Source: Armatimonadota bacterium
GTDB lineage: Bacteria > Armatimonadota > Zipacnadia > Zipacnadales > UBA11051
NCBI GenBank assembly: GCA_046483205.1
Contig: JAWODS010000237.1
Coordinates: forward strand, 1-50,914
Direction of reading: 5' to 3'
Length of the DNA stretch: 50,914 nucleotides
Position 1 is the stretch's first letter, and the number at the start of each line of letters is the position of its first letter. The notes under the pieces were generated by a model. That model was not told the DNA's origin, made no database searches, and was given only the letters and a program-made list of their open reading frames with translations. Of the stretch, positions 18,544 through 27,330 are shown piece after piece. Position numbers and translations under genes: made by a program.

Positions 18544-18642
18544 AACTTGCGGCAGTGACCAGACACCGGACTACCGGGGTGGCGATAGCTGCAGTGCCAC
18601 GAGCGGGTCAGTTGTCAGGTGCGCCGGTGATCCAATAAATGT

Positions 18643-18697
18643 CCGTCCGGGATGACAGACCCTTCAGGTGGTCTTCCCGGGCGGCTTTTGTTTTTTT
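18643..18697 (+). terminator. Rho-independent terminator after the first large S8 gene
   Basis: Outer stem CCGTCCGGGA / TCCCGGGCGG (one G-U pair) and inner stem AGACC / GGTCT, followed by CTTTTGTTTTTTT. Confidence 0.75.
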
Positions 18698-18774
18698 CGC
18701 ATCGGGTTCGCAAACACGCGCCGTGGTATCAACAGATCACACGACGCCAAACACAGAGTCTGGATTGAAATGCA

Positions 18775-21700
18775 ATGAGACAGCATGATCAAGCCGCCGC
18801 CAGGCCGGTCCGGACGCCGCTGTATCCAGCGGTGACGCTGCACCTGTTTGCCATAATACTCGCCCTGCTGGTGACCGCAACCGCGCAGGCGGCCCCGCGT
18901 GAGACAGTTCACCTGCCCTATTGGCCGGGGCATGGTGGACAGGTCCGCACGGCGGCGGCAGGTCGTCCACTGGTGGCCGCAGCCGACCGGCTTCTCGTTG
19001 GACTGCCCCGGACGGTGGCGCCCCAGGCAACCAGGCAGCGCTCTGTCCAGATTGCCTCAACTGTCCGCGGCACGGTGACCCATATCCTCGCCGGCGGCCG
19101 CCTGGCTGTTGTGGAGCTTCCCGAAGGCACTGATCTGCTCGAGGCCGCAGGCAGGCTGTCTCGCACTGGTGCAACCTTCGTCGAACCCGACCTGGTTGTC
19201 GAGACAACGCGGACACCCAATGACCCGAGGTACGACGACCAGTACTACCTTCCGCAGATCAATGCCCCCGGCGCCTGGGATATTCGCACTCGCGCCGATG
19301 ATGTTGTTATCGCGGTGGTGGACAGCGGTGTTGACCTCGACCACCCGGACCTGGCCGATAACATCTGGACCAATCCCGGCGAGATCCCCAATAACGGCAA
19401 AGACGACGACGGCAACGGGTTTGTGGACGATTACTACGGCTGGGACTTTGATTCTGAAAACAACGACCCCTCACCCTCCCCGGACGGCAAGGACAACAAT
19501 GGTGACGGCGAGGCCGACGAGCAGGTCAGCCACGGGACGCTGGTGAGCGGCATCGCAGCGGCCGTTGGTAATAACAGCTTCGGAACCGCCGGTGTGGCCT
19601 GGTCGGCAAAGATCATGGCGGTGCAGGTTTTCCCCGATGACGGCAGCACCTACGTCTCCACCGTGGTCAAGGGCATCGATTACGCTGTGGACAATGGTGC
19701 CGACATTATCAATCTTTCCATCGGCTCGTCATACGACGGTGGCTTCAGCCCACCAATCGAGCGTGCCTATGAGTCGGGTATCTGCGTTATCTCGGCGGCA
19801 GGAAACGGCAGCGACGAACTCACTGCCTCCAGCAGCACCTGGGTGTCTCCGGTGTGCAACGACGGTCCCGACCCGCTGAGCGACAACTACGTTTTGGGTG
19901 TCGCCGCGGTGGACCAGTCGGACCGGGTGGCATGGTACACGAATTTTGACAACTCGGGTGGCAACTTCGTGGATGTCAGCGCTCCCGGGTCGGCGATCCT
20001 GGGGCCCGCATATCACGATCCCTCGGTCAGCGGATTCTCCAGCTACTTTTACACAAATACCGGGACGTCTTTTGCCTGCCCCATGGCCTCGGGGCTGGCG
20101 GCACTGATACTGGCGAAAAACCCGGGCTTCTCCCCCGCCCAGGTGTACGCTGCGATTCGGGGGAGTGCCGACGACATTGACAGTCTCAATCCCGGATACG
20201 AGGGAATGATGGGCACCGGTCGGCTGAATTGTGGCCGGGCGCTCGGGCAGGACCTCCCACCGGCTCCTGTCACCAGCTTTGTCGCCGCCGACACCGAGGG
20301 CGATGATGGTGGCAGCATCACCCTGACGTGGACGAAATCATCCGACGACGGTGGAGGCAGCAACTCAGTGACCGGCTATATCATCCTCAGGCGGGAGGGC
20401 GACAGCGGACAGTTCGAACAGATCGCCGAGCTCCCGGCCGGAACAACGACCTACGAGGACACCAACGTATCTGACGGCACGGAGTATTACTACATCGTAC
20501 GGACAACGGACGGTTCGAAGCATTCTGACAGCTCGACAGAGGGACCGGTGACCTCGAAAAACGACGCGCCTCCACCCGTGGTGACGGATCTGTCTGTGGC
20601 TGATGTCCCCGACGACAACGGCGGCTCTATCCAGCTCGACTGGTCGGGATACACGCCGCCTGCGGATTTTGCGGCTTACCATGTCTATCGCAGCGAGCGT
20701 GACTTCTCTTCCACCAGCGACATGGCGCCGTTAAAGACAATCACCAACCCCAACACCACCCGTATGGTGGATGCGACCGAAGACGGCACTGATTACTACT
20801 ATGCCGTGGGGGTCGCCGACGTCGCCGGAAACGAAAACCACAGTATCCGTGCGACCGGCCCGGTGCAGTCATATCCGAACAATGATATAACCGTCGGGCC
20901 CGGCCTTCTGTTCATGGGACCTGCCGCCGTTCCCGCCGATAGAGACCCGGCCACGCTCCTTAACATCCCGCCCGAGGACCTGCAACTGGCGAAGTGGGAC
21001 CCCACCGAAGAAGGATACATCACGTACTCGCCCGGGTCGATCCCGGAGCTTCTGAAGCTGAAGCTGGGACAGGGCTTCTGGGTGCTTCTGGACCGGGCGA
21101 CGACCATCAATCCGGCAGGAGCCACCGCGCCGGCGGGTGACTTCAGCATTGATCTCACTCCCGGATGGCACCAGCTCGCCAACCCGTTCTTCGGCCCGCT
21201 GGACTTCGCGGCCTCGACGGTCACATACCAGTCCAATACGATGGATCTGGCCAGTGCCGAGAATGCCGGGATTATGCGCTCCTTCGCCTGGGTGTACTCT
21301 GCGCAGCTGGAGGATTACGAGCTGGCCTATCCGGATCTCGGGCAAAACACCTCACTGATCCCCCCGTGGACCGGCTTCTGGGTGCATGCGCTGACTCCCT
21401 GCACGCTCACACTGGCGCGACCGACGGGCGTCAGCGGTGCTGACACGATGGCAGTCAAACCTCAAGCCGTGTCAACGATGACAGACGTGCCGTGGGCCGG
21501 AGGGTGGAACACCCGCATTGCCCTTCATGTTGAGGGCGTCACAGAGACATCCAACATCATCGGAACGGCCAATGAAAGCTACAGCATTCCTGCGCCGCCG
21601 CCCATCAACAAACGGCCCTGCATACGTCTGAGTGGCGCCAACGCCGATCTCGACGGCTCTGATTACGGCGTCGCCCTGGGCGCGAAGACCGATGACAGCT

Positions 21701-22215
21701 GGACCTGGAATCTCAAGGTGGACAACCTCACCAGGGGAGCCCGGGCACGTGTTTCGCTGCCTGATCTTTCTGATCTGCCGAACGATTACGTGGCGATGCT
21801 GCACGACCCGGCCGCCGGAGAGAGCCGGTACCTGCGGACGACGAGTGACTACGATTTCACGGCTCACACCGATTCACGGACACTGCAGCTTGTTGTCCAG
21901 CCCAGGCAGGCGGGAGGCAGCCTGGTGATCAGCACGCTGTCGGTCCAGCAGACTGCCGGCAGTGGCATGAACATTGTTTTCAGCCTCTCGCATCCGTGCC
22001 ACACATCTGTCGAGGTGCTGAATATCGCAGGGCGGTCGGTGGCGGCAGTTGAACAGGATACCTTGCGTTTGGCCGGGAATCATAATATATTATTTGATGG
22101 ACGCAACAGCCACGGGGCTGCGCTGCCATCTGGCCGGTACCTGGTGAAGGTGCAGGCACGGTCTGAGACAGGCCAACAGGTCCAGCGGCTCATGGCGGTC
22201 AATTATAATAGATAG
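18775..22215 (+). CDS. Paralogous large secreted S8 peptidase with the same architecture as 15025..18543
   Basis: S8 triad: IAVVDSGVDLDHPDL, SHGTLVSGIAAAVGN, GTSFACPMASGLAAL. Insert NGKDDDGNGFVDDYYGWDF. FN3-like modules open with GDDGGSITLTW and DDNGGSIQLDW. C-terminal FlgD-Ig-like segment: IVFSLSHPCHTSVEVLNIAGRSV...ILFDGRNS...GRYLV. Signal peptide LFAIILALLVTATAQA. Confidence 0.9.
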   Translation: MRQHDQAAARPVRTPLYPAVTLHLFAIILALLVTATAQAAPRETVHLPYWPGHGGQVRTAAAGRPLVAAADRLLVGLPRTVAPQATRQRSVQIASTVRGTVTHILAGGRLAVVELPEGTDLLEAAGRLSRTGATFVEPDLVVETTRTPNDPRYDDQYYLPQINAPGAWDIRTRADDVVIAVVDSGVDLDHPDLADNIWTNPGEIPNNGKDDDGNGFVDDYYGWDFDSENNDPSPSPDGKDNNGDGEADEQVSHGTLVSGIAAAVGNNSFGTAGVAWSAKIMAVQVFPDDGSTYVSTVVKGIDYAVDNGADIINLSIGSSYDGGFSPPIERAYESGICVISAAGNGSDELTASSSTWVSPVCNDGPDPLSDNYVLGVAAVDQSDRVAWYTNFDNSGGNFVDVSAPGSAILGPAYHDPSVSGFSSYFYTNTGTSFACPMASGLAALILAKNPGFSPAQVYAAIRGSADDIDSLNPGYEGMMGTGRLNCGRALGQDLPPAPVTSFVAADTEGDDGGSITLTWTKSSDDGGGSNSVTGYIILRREGDSGQFEQIAELPAGTTTYEDTNVSDGTEYYYIVRTTDGSKHSDSSTEGPVTSKNDAPPPVVTDLSVADVPDDNGGSIQLDWSGYTPPADFAAYHVYRSERDFSSTSDMAPLKTITNPNTTRMVDATEDGTDYYYAVGVADVAGNENHSIRATGPVQSYPNNDITVGPGLLFMGPAAVPADRDPATLLNIPPEDLQLAKWDPTEEGYITYSPGSIPELLKLKLGQGFWVLLDRATTINPAGATAPAGDFSIDLTPGWHQLANPFFGPLDFAASTVTYQSNTMDLASAENAGIMRSFAWVYSAQLEDYELAYPDLGQNTSLIPPWTGFWVHALTPCTLTLARPTGVSGADTMAVKPQAVSTMTDVPWAGGWNTRIALHVEGVTETSNIIGTANESYSIPAPPPINKRPCIRLSGANADLDGSDYGVALGAKTDDSWTWNLKVDNLTRGARARVSLPDLSDLPNDYVAMLHDPAAGESRYLRTTSDYDFTAHTDSRTLQLVVQPRQAGGSLVISTLSVQQTAGSGMNIVFSLSHPCHTSVEVLNIAGRSVAAVEQDTLRLAGNHNILFDGRNSHGAALPSGRYLVKVQARSETGQQVQRLMAVNYNR

Positions 22216-22262
22216 CAAAGACATCCATCTCACCCATCGCCAGACGAAGGGGCTGACTGCGC

Positions 22263-23312
22263 ATGTCGCGGTATAGTCGGCTTATTGTTCTCATCGCCAC
22301 CGTTGCCGTGCTGATCCTCGCCGGCTGTGGGGGTGACAGCCCGCCTGAGCAACCCCAGCCCGATCCGCCACCCGCGCCGGACACGGGAACCGTCAGAGGG
22401 TTCGTTGTGAAAGCGGACGCTCCCCGGGAGGGCATTGCAGGCGCCCGCGTCACCGTGACAGGAGCAGGGACCGCACAGACCGCACAGAACGCCGCTCCAT
22501 CGGACATAACGAATTTCGACGGCAGCTTCAGAATTGAAGAGGTGCCTGTCGCTGCTTCAGGAACCGTCAATCTTTCGGTGGAGACCGTCAACAGTGCCAA
22601 CTACGGTAATCAAACCGTCAACAATGTCAGCATCACCAAAGATGAGGAGACCAGTATCACGATTGCGGTTCTCCCCCTCGCCAGCGGCACACCCGTTCGC
22701 CTGACCGTCACCCCGACCAACGAAACCGTGGACCTCAACGGTGTCGTCGCCTTCGATGCAACCATCATGACCACTGCCGGCGAGATCGACGCTCAGCCAA
22801 CCTGGTACCTCAAGTCCAATATCGGTGAAGTGGATGCAACCGGTCGCTTTACCGCATTGAACCAGGGAGAAGGCCAGGTGGTGGCCACGGTCGGCAATAT
22901 CCAGGCGACTGCCAATCTGACGGTCACGCCCAGCAGGCCCCCGGAAATCACCACGGTCGTTGTCAATCCGCAAACACTGGATGCGCAGGGTGGAACCGTA
23001 CAGGTGACCGCCGCTGCCAATGACGGGGATGGACTGGCTACCGTCGAGGCACAGGTCATTGATCCCAATGTTGACCAGCGGAACTACAACATGCCGATGG
23101 TCCAGGGGACGAGTTCGAGAGACGGGACCTTCCGGACCTCCATTGTCATCGATCCCAATGACATCCGTGAAAATGAACAGGACGCCACCCGGACATTGAC
23201 CTACAGCATCCGCGTGCGGGCGGTGGACAGCCGGGGTAACGAGACATTCTCCGACTTTTTTGATGTCAAAGTACCCGGACTGGACGTCCCCCAGCCGCCA
23301 CCGTCACTGTAA
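22263..23312 (+). CDS. Lipoprotein with carboxypeptidase-regulatory-like and bacterial Ig-like (Big_2) domains
   Basis: Lipobox LILAGCGG. The GTVRGFVV...GARVTV segment is CarboxypepD_reg-like. The Big_2-like segment is VTPTNETVDLNGVVAFDA...ATGRFTALNQGEGQVVATVGNIQATANLTV. It starts only 47 nt after the S8 gene with no terminator between them, so the two are probably co-transcribed. Confidence 0.7.
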   Translation: MSRYSRLIVLIATVAVLILAGCGGDSPPEQPQPDPPPAPDTGTVRGFVVKADAPREGIAGARVTVTGAGTAQTAQNAAPSDITNFDGSFRIEEVPVAASGTVNLSVETVNSANYGNQTVNNVSITKDEETSITIAVLPLASGTPVRLTVTPTNETVDLNGVVAFDATIMTTAGEIDAQPTWYLKSNIGEVDATGRFTALNQGEGQVVATVGNIQATANLTVTPSRPPEITTVVVNPQTLDAQGGTVQVTAAANDGDGLATVEAQVIDPNVDQRNYNMPMVQGTSSRDGTFRTSIVIDPNDIRENEQDATRTLTYSIRVRAVDSRGNETFSDFFDVKVPGLDVPQPPPSL

Positions 23313-23334
23313 AATTGCACTGACAGAGAAGACA

Positions 23335-23362
23335 GGGGCCGGGGTTCGCTCGGCCCCTTTTT
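23335..23362 (+). terminator. Rho-independent terminator
   Basis: Stem GGGGCCG / CGGCCCC with a 9-nt loop, followed by TTTTT. Confidence 0.75.
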
Positions 23363-23387
23363 CATTTCTGTCCATGGAGTATCACGT

Positions 23388-24260
23388 ATGTCCTGGCTCG
23401 CACTCGCTCTGATCGCTGTTTCAGCCGTTCTGCATGCCGGGTGGAATTACATCGCCAAGCGCGCCTCCGACAGCGTTTCGTTCCTGTGGGGCGTCTGCGG
23501 CGCCGTACCGGTGATTTCCGTGCTGGTGTCACTGGGGGCATGGCTCTTTTTCGACATCCCTCTCGACCTCTCTGCATGGCGCCTGGCCCTCCTGGGCGGC
23601 TTCTTTCAGGCCCTCTACGTGGGTTTCATCAGTGCCGGGTACAACGAGGGCGACCTTTCGATTGTGTATCCCCTCGCGCGGGGGCTTGCTCCGCTTATCA
23701 TCGCCGTCCTTGCATGGGTGGCGCTGCACGAGGTTCCCACTGTGGTGGGGATCATCGGAATGGTGCTGGTGCTCATCGGCGCGATCGCGCTGGCGACCGA
23801 TCTGCAGGGCAACGATGATGCAGAAAAATCATCAGCAGCGGCGTCCGTGCGCCTGGCGCTGGCGGCCGCTGCAATGATTGCCGCGTATCATGTCATTGAT
23901 AAAGCCGGCGCACAGAACTCCAACGTCGTCTCGTATCTCCTGATGATGCAGATCGTGCTCTTCGTTTTCCTGACTCCGTTCATTTTTCTGCGCTCCAGGG
24001 CCGCAGAGGCGGTCTCGGCGGTCAGGGGCAACCTTATCAACGTTTTTGTGGCCGCCGTATTTCTCTACGCCGCTTACGCCCTGGTGGTCGCTGCGATGAT
24101 GTTTGAAGACGTCGCCTACATCGCAGCAGCCCGCAACATCAGCATCCTGTTCGGGATCATCTTTGGTGTCGTGGGTCTGAAGGAAGGGCGGCCCACCATC
24201 CGAATCATCGCGGGGCTTTTGATCACCGCAGGAATCGTGACACTCGCTACAGGAGGATAA
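23388..24260 (+). CDS. EamA/DMT-superfamily transporter
   Basis: 290 aa, about ten hydrophobic helices in a duplicated 5+5 layout. N-terminus LIAVSAVLHAGWNYIAKR is typical of EamA repeats. GGAG lies 8 nt upstream of the ATG. Confidence 0.8.
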   Translation: MSWLALALIAVSAVLHAGWNYIAKRASDSVSFLWGVCGAVPVISVLVSLGAWLFFDIPLDLSAWRLALLGGFFQALYVGFISAGYNEGDLSIVYPLARGLAPLIIAVLAWVALHEVPTVVGIIGMVLVLIGAIALATDLQGNDDAEKSSAAASVRLALAAAAMIAAYHVIDKAGAQNSNVVSYLLMMQIVLFVFLTPFIFLRSRAAEAVSAVRGNLINVFVAAVFLYAAYALVVAAMMFEDVAYIAAARNISILFGIIFGVVGLKEGRPTIRIIAGLLITAGIVTLATGG

Positions 24261-24262
24261 CC

Positions 24263-24757
24263 ATGCCAGAAACGATTACCGAAATTAGGCATCGCGTGCT
24301 CGAGGACGACCAGATATTCAAGTGCCACCTGTTGCGCCGTGGCGCCGACTGGGTGGTCGTGCGGTATGTGAACCCGGAGGATAACGAGGTCGGGGGTGTG
24401 ACGATTCCTGCGGGCTCCATCACGCTCGCACACTACGAGCAGGACGCGGAGGCCGTGTGGTGGGAGATGTTTTATCCCAACGGCGACAGGCTCGCCGACC
24501 TTATCCATCTCGCGTCGCCCGTGATGGTGGGGCCCGAAACCGTTGAGTACACCGACCTGCTCCTTGACATCTGGCAGCCCGCGGATGCAGAGCCGGAAAT
24601 CCTCGACGAAGACGAGCTGGACGAGGCGGTGCGCGAAGAAGCGCTGACCGAGGAGGCCGCCGAACATATCCGAGAAATCACCCGAACAATCGCAGGCGAT
24701 ATCCCCGCTCACGCCCCCCGCCTGTGGCGGCAGCTTTCCCCGGAGGATGAGGAGTAG
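24263..24757 (+). CDS. DUF402 (FomD/Ntdp-like nucleoside di/triphosphatase fold) protein
   Basis: Pattern YTDLLLDIWQPADAEPEILDEDELDEAV resembles the DUF402 core (DLxLDv...vlDedEl). The ATG is 2 nt after the EamA stop, and AGGAGG lies inside the EamA 3' end. Confidence 0.6.
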   Translation: MPETITEIRHRVLEDDQIFKCHLLRRGADWVVVRYVNPEDNEVGGVTIPAGSITLAHYEQDAEAVWWEMFYPNGDRLADLIHLASPVMVGPETVEYTDLLLDIWQPADAEPEILDEDELDEAVREEALTEEAAEHIREITRTIAGDIPAHAPRLWRQLSPEDEE

Positions 24758-24806
24758 TCCGCCCGGGTTCCCCTCACCGTCCGACGGTGAAATATCACGC
24801 TGTCGG

Positions 24807-25655
24807 CTACTTCGCGCCTTCGTAGCTTTGCAGGACGCGGCTGCCCGCCTCGAAAGCCTTCCGTGCCGCCTCCTGTGCGGGCAGCGATTTCAGCTCATCG
24901 CTGAAGGTTTCGATCCCCATGAAGCCGTCATAGCCCGCCCGGTCCAGCGCCCCCACGAAGGCCTGCAGGTCAATGATGCCCTCGCCCGGCAGCAGCCGCT
25001 CGCCGTCAATCTGCTCCTCGCGCGGTCGGTCGGGAGCGTCGTTGATATGCACGTGAACGATTTTCTCGACTCCCACCGCCGCAAGCTCGTCGGCGCTGTG
25101 GCCGGCTGTGTACCAGTGGAAGCTGTCCACCAGCAGCCCGACATTGTCGAGGCCGATATCCCGCTCCATCTCCAGCAGCCCGTCCATTGTGTGGATGAAC
25201 TCGTTTCCCTCCGCGCGGAGGGTCGCGGGTCCCACCCACTCCAGCCCGAGGCGCAGGCCGTAGTCTGCGGCGATTTGTCCGATTTCACGCCAGCGACGGA
25301 CGGCCATCTCATAAAACTCGTCCGGATCCGTGTCAATGGCGGGCGGAATCCACGTGCAGGCGCGGGGGCAGCCGACCGCCACACCGGTCTCGGCCCATCG
25401 CGGAAAATCTGCCAGCGTGTCCCGATAGCTGTCCTCCGGCCCCTTCCAGTCCACGGGGATCCCCCAGCTTGCAGGGATGACACCGTGGGCTTCGAACAGG
25501 TCCCGGACGGCCTGCACTCCCTCTTTTTCGACAATCTCCAGGCATGCGTTCAGGCCGAAGTCAACGCCCGGAAATCCTGTACGTCCCGCAAGATCAAGAT
25601 ACTCCTCAAATTCCAGCGGCTCGCCCAATATGACACTGTTCAATGAAAGCTGCAT
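24807..25655 (-). CDS. Sugar phosphate isomerase/epimerase (xylose isomerase-like TIM barrel)
   Basis: Family-typical motifs: GFPGVDF, LGLEWV, HVHINDA, GIETFSDE. I set the start at ATG 25655 (MQLSLNSV...) with GGAGG 9 nt upstream. The track's 20-codon extension lacks support. Confidence 0.85.
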   Translation of the reverse strand: MQLSLNSVILGEPLEFEEYLDLAGRTGFPGVDFGLNACLEIVEKEGVQAVRDLFEAHGVIPASWGIPVDWKGPEDSYRDTLADFPRWAETGVAVGCPRACTWIPPAIDTDPDEFYEMAVRRWREIGQIAADYGLRLGLEWVGPATLRAEGNEFIHTMDGLLEMERDIGLDNVGLLVDSFHWYTAGHSADELAAVGVEKIVHVHINDAPDRPREEQIDGERLLPGEGIIDLQAFVGALDRAGYDGFMGIETFSDELKSLPAQEAARKAFEAGSRVLQSYEGAK

Positions 25656-25792
25656 TATCGCTTCGCCTCCGACCGGCGCTGTTTGTGATGATGTGTCGGG
25701 ATATTCAGCGACCACACGGGCAATTCCTTCACCGCCGCCCTGTCACGACCGAGGCTGCAGAGATTTGTGAGCATCGATTCAGCGCTATTGAG

Positions 25793-25942
25793 TGTGGAAA
25801 ACCTGAACGTCTGCCACGTGAAAAATACCGCTTTCTGCCGATATATCACGCGGCTGCCGGATTTTCCACATCTTGCGGAAAGCTGTGCGATTGTGGATAA
25901 CTCTGTGGCAAAGTGCCTGTAGAGGCCGTTTCATGTGGAAAA
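25793..25942. promoter_or_regulatory. DnaA-box-like cluster A (5 boxes in 150 bp)
   Basis: Boxes:
- TGTGGAAAA at 25793
- TTTTCCACA at 25862
- TGTGGATAA at 25892 (perfect reverse complement of TTATCCACA)
- TGTGGCAAA at 25904
- TGTGGAAAA at 25934
The cluster lies in the divergent spacer between the isomerase and dehydrogenase genes. Confidence 0.55.
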
Positions 25943-26107
25943 CTTCGTCGAATCTGCGTTCGACAGGATTGAGTGGCAATTATCCGTCATTCATACCAGA
26001 CAACCGGCTACTGCGGACACCGGAGGTATAGGAGCACACCATACCGAATAACATGACAGCGCAAATTGTGTCGAGTCTGCAAAACCGGAAACACAGGAGC
26101 GGTTGTC

Positions 26108-27130
26108 ATGAGCAAGCCGAAGGTCTGGTACATTCAAACTGAATCTCACACCCAGCGGATTTTCACCGATGACGATTACCAGCGCATGCTGGACGAGTTC
26201 GATACAACGGTCAATGACACCGGCCGCAACCTCACCTCAGGGGAGATCGCCGAAGGCATTGGGGACTACGACGCGATTGTCACCGGCTGGGGAGCTCCGA
26301 CCATGACCGCGGAGGTCATGGAGAATGCCGACGATCTGCAAATCATCGCTCATTCGGCGGGCTCCATCAAGGGCCTGTGTCCGAAGGATATTGTGGAGCG
26401 CTACCTGCGGCCAAACGACATCATCCTTTTCTCGGCCAACGGAGCCATCGCCTACAATGTCGCTGAAAGCGCCGTCGGAATGATCATGATGGCTTCGCAC
26501 CGCTGGATGGATTTGGCTCTGAATATCCGCCAGACGGGCACCTGGAGGCCGCCGCACATCCGCTGGAACGGGCAGTTTCTGCTCGGGTCAACCGTCGGTG
26601 TGGTCAGTGCCTCGAAGGTCGGGCGTCACGTGATTGATCTGCTGGGTGGCTGGGACTGTGAACTGCTGCTGTATGACCCGTATGTCTCCGCCGAAGAAGC
26701 CGCTGAGATAGGCGCGGAAAAGGTGGAGCTGAACGAGCTGTTCGAGCGCTCCGACCACGTGACCATCCACGCGCCGAAGCTTGATGAGACACACCACATG
26801 ATCGGCGCCGAGCAGCTTCAGCTTTTGAAGGACCACGCGACACTGGTCAATACCTCCCGGGGCACGGTCATTGACCAGGCGGCACTGGTCGAGGAGGCGG
26901 CGACCGGCAGGATTCAGGTCTTTGTGGATGTCACGGATCCGGAGCCGATGGAGCCTCATCACCCCTTCCGGGCCATGCCGAATGTGTACATCTCTCCACA
27001 TGTCTCGGGCGCAGGCTACTACGGATACCACATGATCGGTACCCAGACCGTCAACGCCCTGGAGGCGGCGTTTGCGGGCGAGCCGGTTGAGGGGGCCGTG
27101 GATTATGACAGATACGACATCCTCGCCTGA
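26108..27130 (+). CDS. D-isomer-specific 2-hydroxyacid dehydrogenase family protein
   Basis: Catalytic-region motifs: LVNTSRGTVID (Arg), VDVTDPEP (Glu), ISPHVSG (His). The nucleotide-binding loop is atypical (GVVSASKVG). I set the start at ATG 26108 with AGGAG 9 nt upstream. Confidence 0.85.
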   Translation: MSKPKVWYIQTESHTQRIFTDDDYQRMLDEFDTTVNDTGRNLTSGEIAEGIGDYDAIVTGWGAPTMTAEVMENADDLQIIAHSAGSIKGLCPKDIVERYLRPNDIILFSANGAIAYNVAESAVGMIMMASHRWMDLALNIRQTGTWRPPHIRWNGQFLLGSTVGVVSASKVGRHVIDLLGGWDCELLLYDPYVSAEEAAEIGAEKVELNELFERSDHVTIHAPKLDETHHMIGAEQLQLLKDHATLVNTSRGTVIDQAALVEEAATGRIQVFVDVTDPEPMEPHHPFRAMPNVYISPHVSGAGYYGYHMIGTQTVNALEAAFAGEPVEGAVDYDRYDILA

Positions 27131-27253
27131 AAATCCGTAAACACCGCATCCGGCCTACAAAACCCTTCCGCTGCAGCACATCTGCAATTTGGCCCCCGAT
27201 GCTGGATTGGTGTAAAATGCTGATAATCACCTCTGCGGGTCCGATACCCGATA

Positions 27254-27274
27254 CCTGCAGGGCTGCGGGTTTTT
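27254..27274 (+). terminator. Weak terminator-like hairpin after the dehydrogenase gene
   Basis: CCTGC / GCGGG forms 5 bp including one G-U pair, with a 6-nt loop, followed by TTTTT (27270-27274). Marginal stability. Confidence 0.3.
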
Positions 27275-27330
27275 GTGACATCGCGGCGGTGCGAGACGTT
27301 GAAACGCAACACCGATGAGGAGCGCGGGGT

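Noticed and set aside
24774-24790. Hairpin TCACCG-TCCGA-CGGTGA between the converging DUF402 and isomerase genes.
   Set aside because: The stem is only 6 bp and has no U-tract on either strand. This is insufficient to call a terminator.
24747-25646. 299-aa ORF on the plus strand.
   Set aside because: It is antisense to the sugar-phosphate isomerase gene, which has the HVHINDA and related motifs plus a GGAGG-ATG start on the minus strand.
27189-27218. Possible promoter TTGGCC-18-TAAAAT upstream of the GT2 gene.
   Set aside because: Both hexamers are imperfect and the spacer is non-optimal. A terminator-like hairpin (27254-27274) lies downstream of it, which makes the arrangement inconsistent. 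Not reported as a feature.
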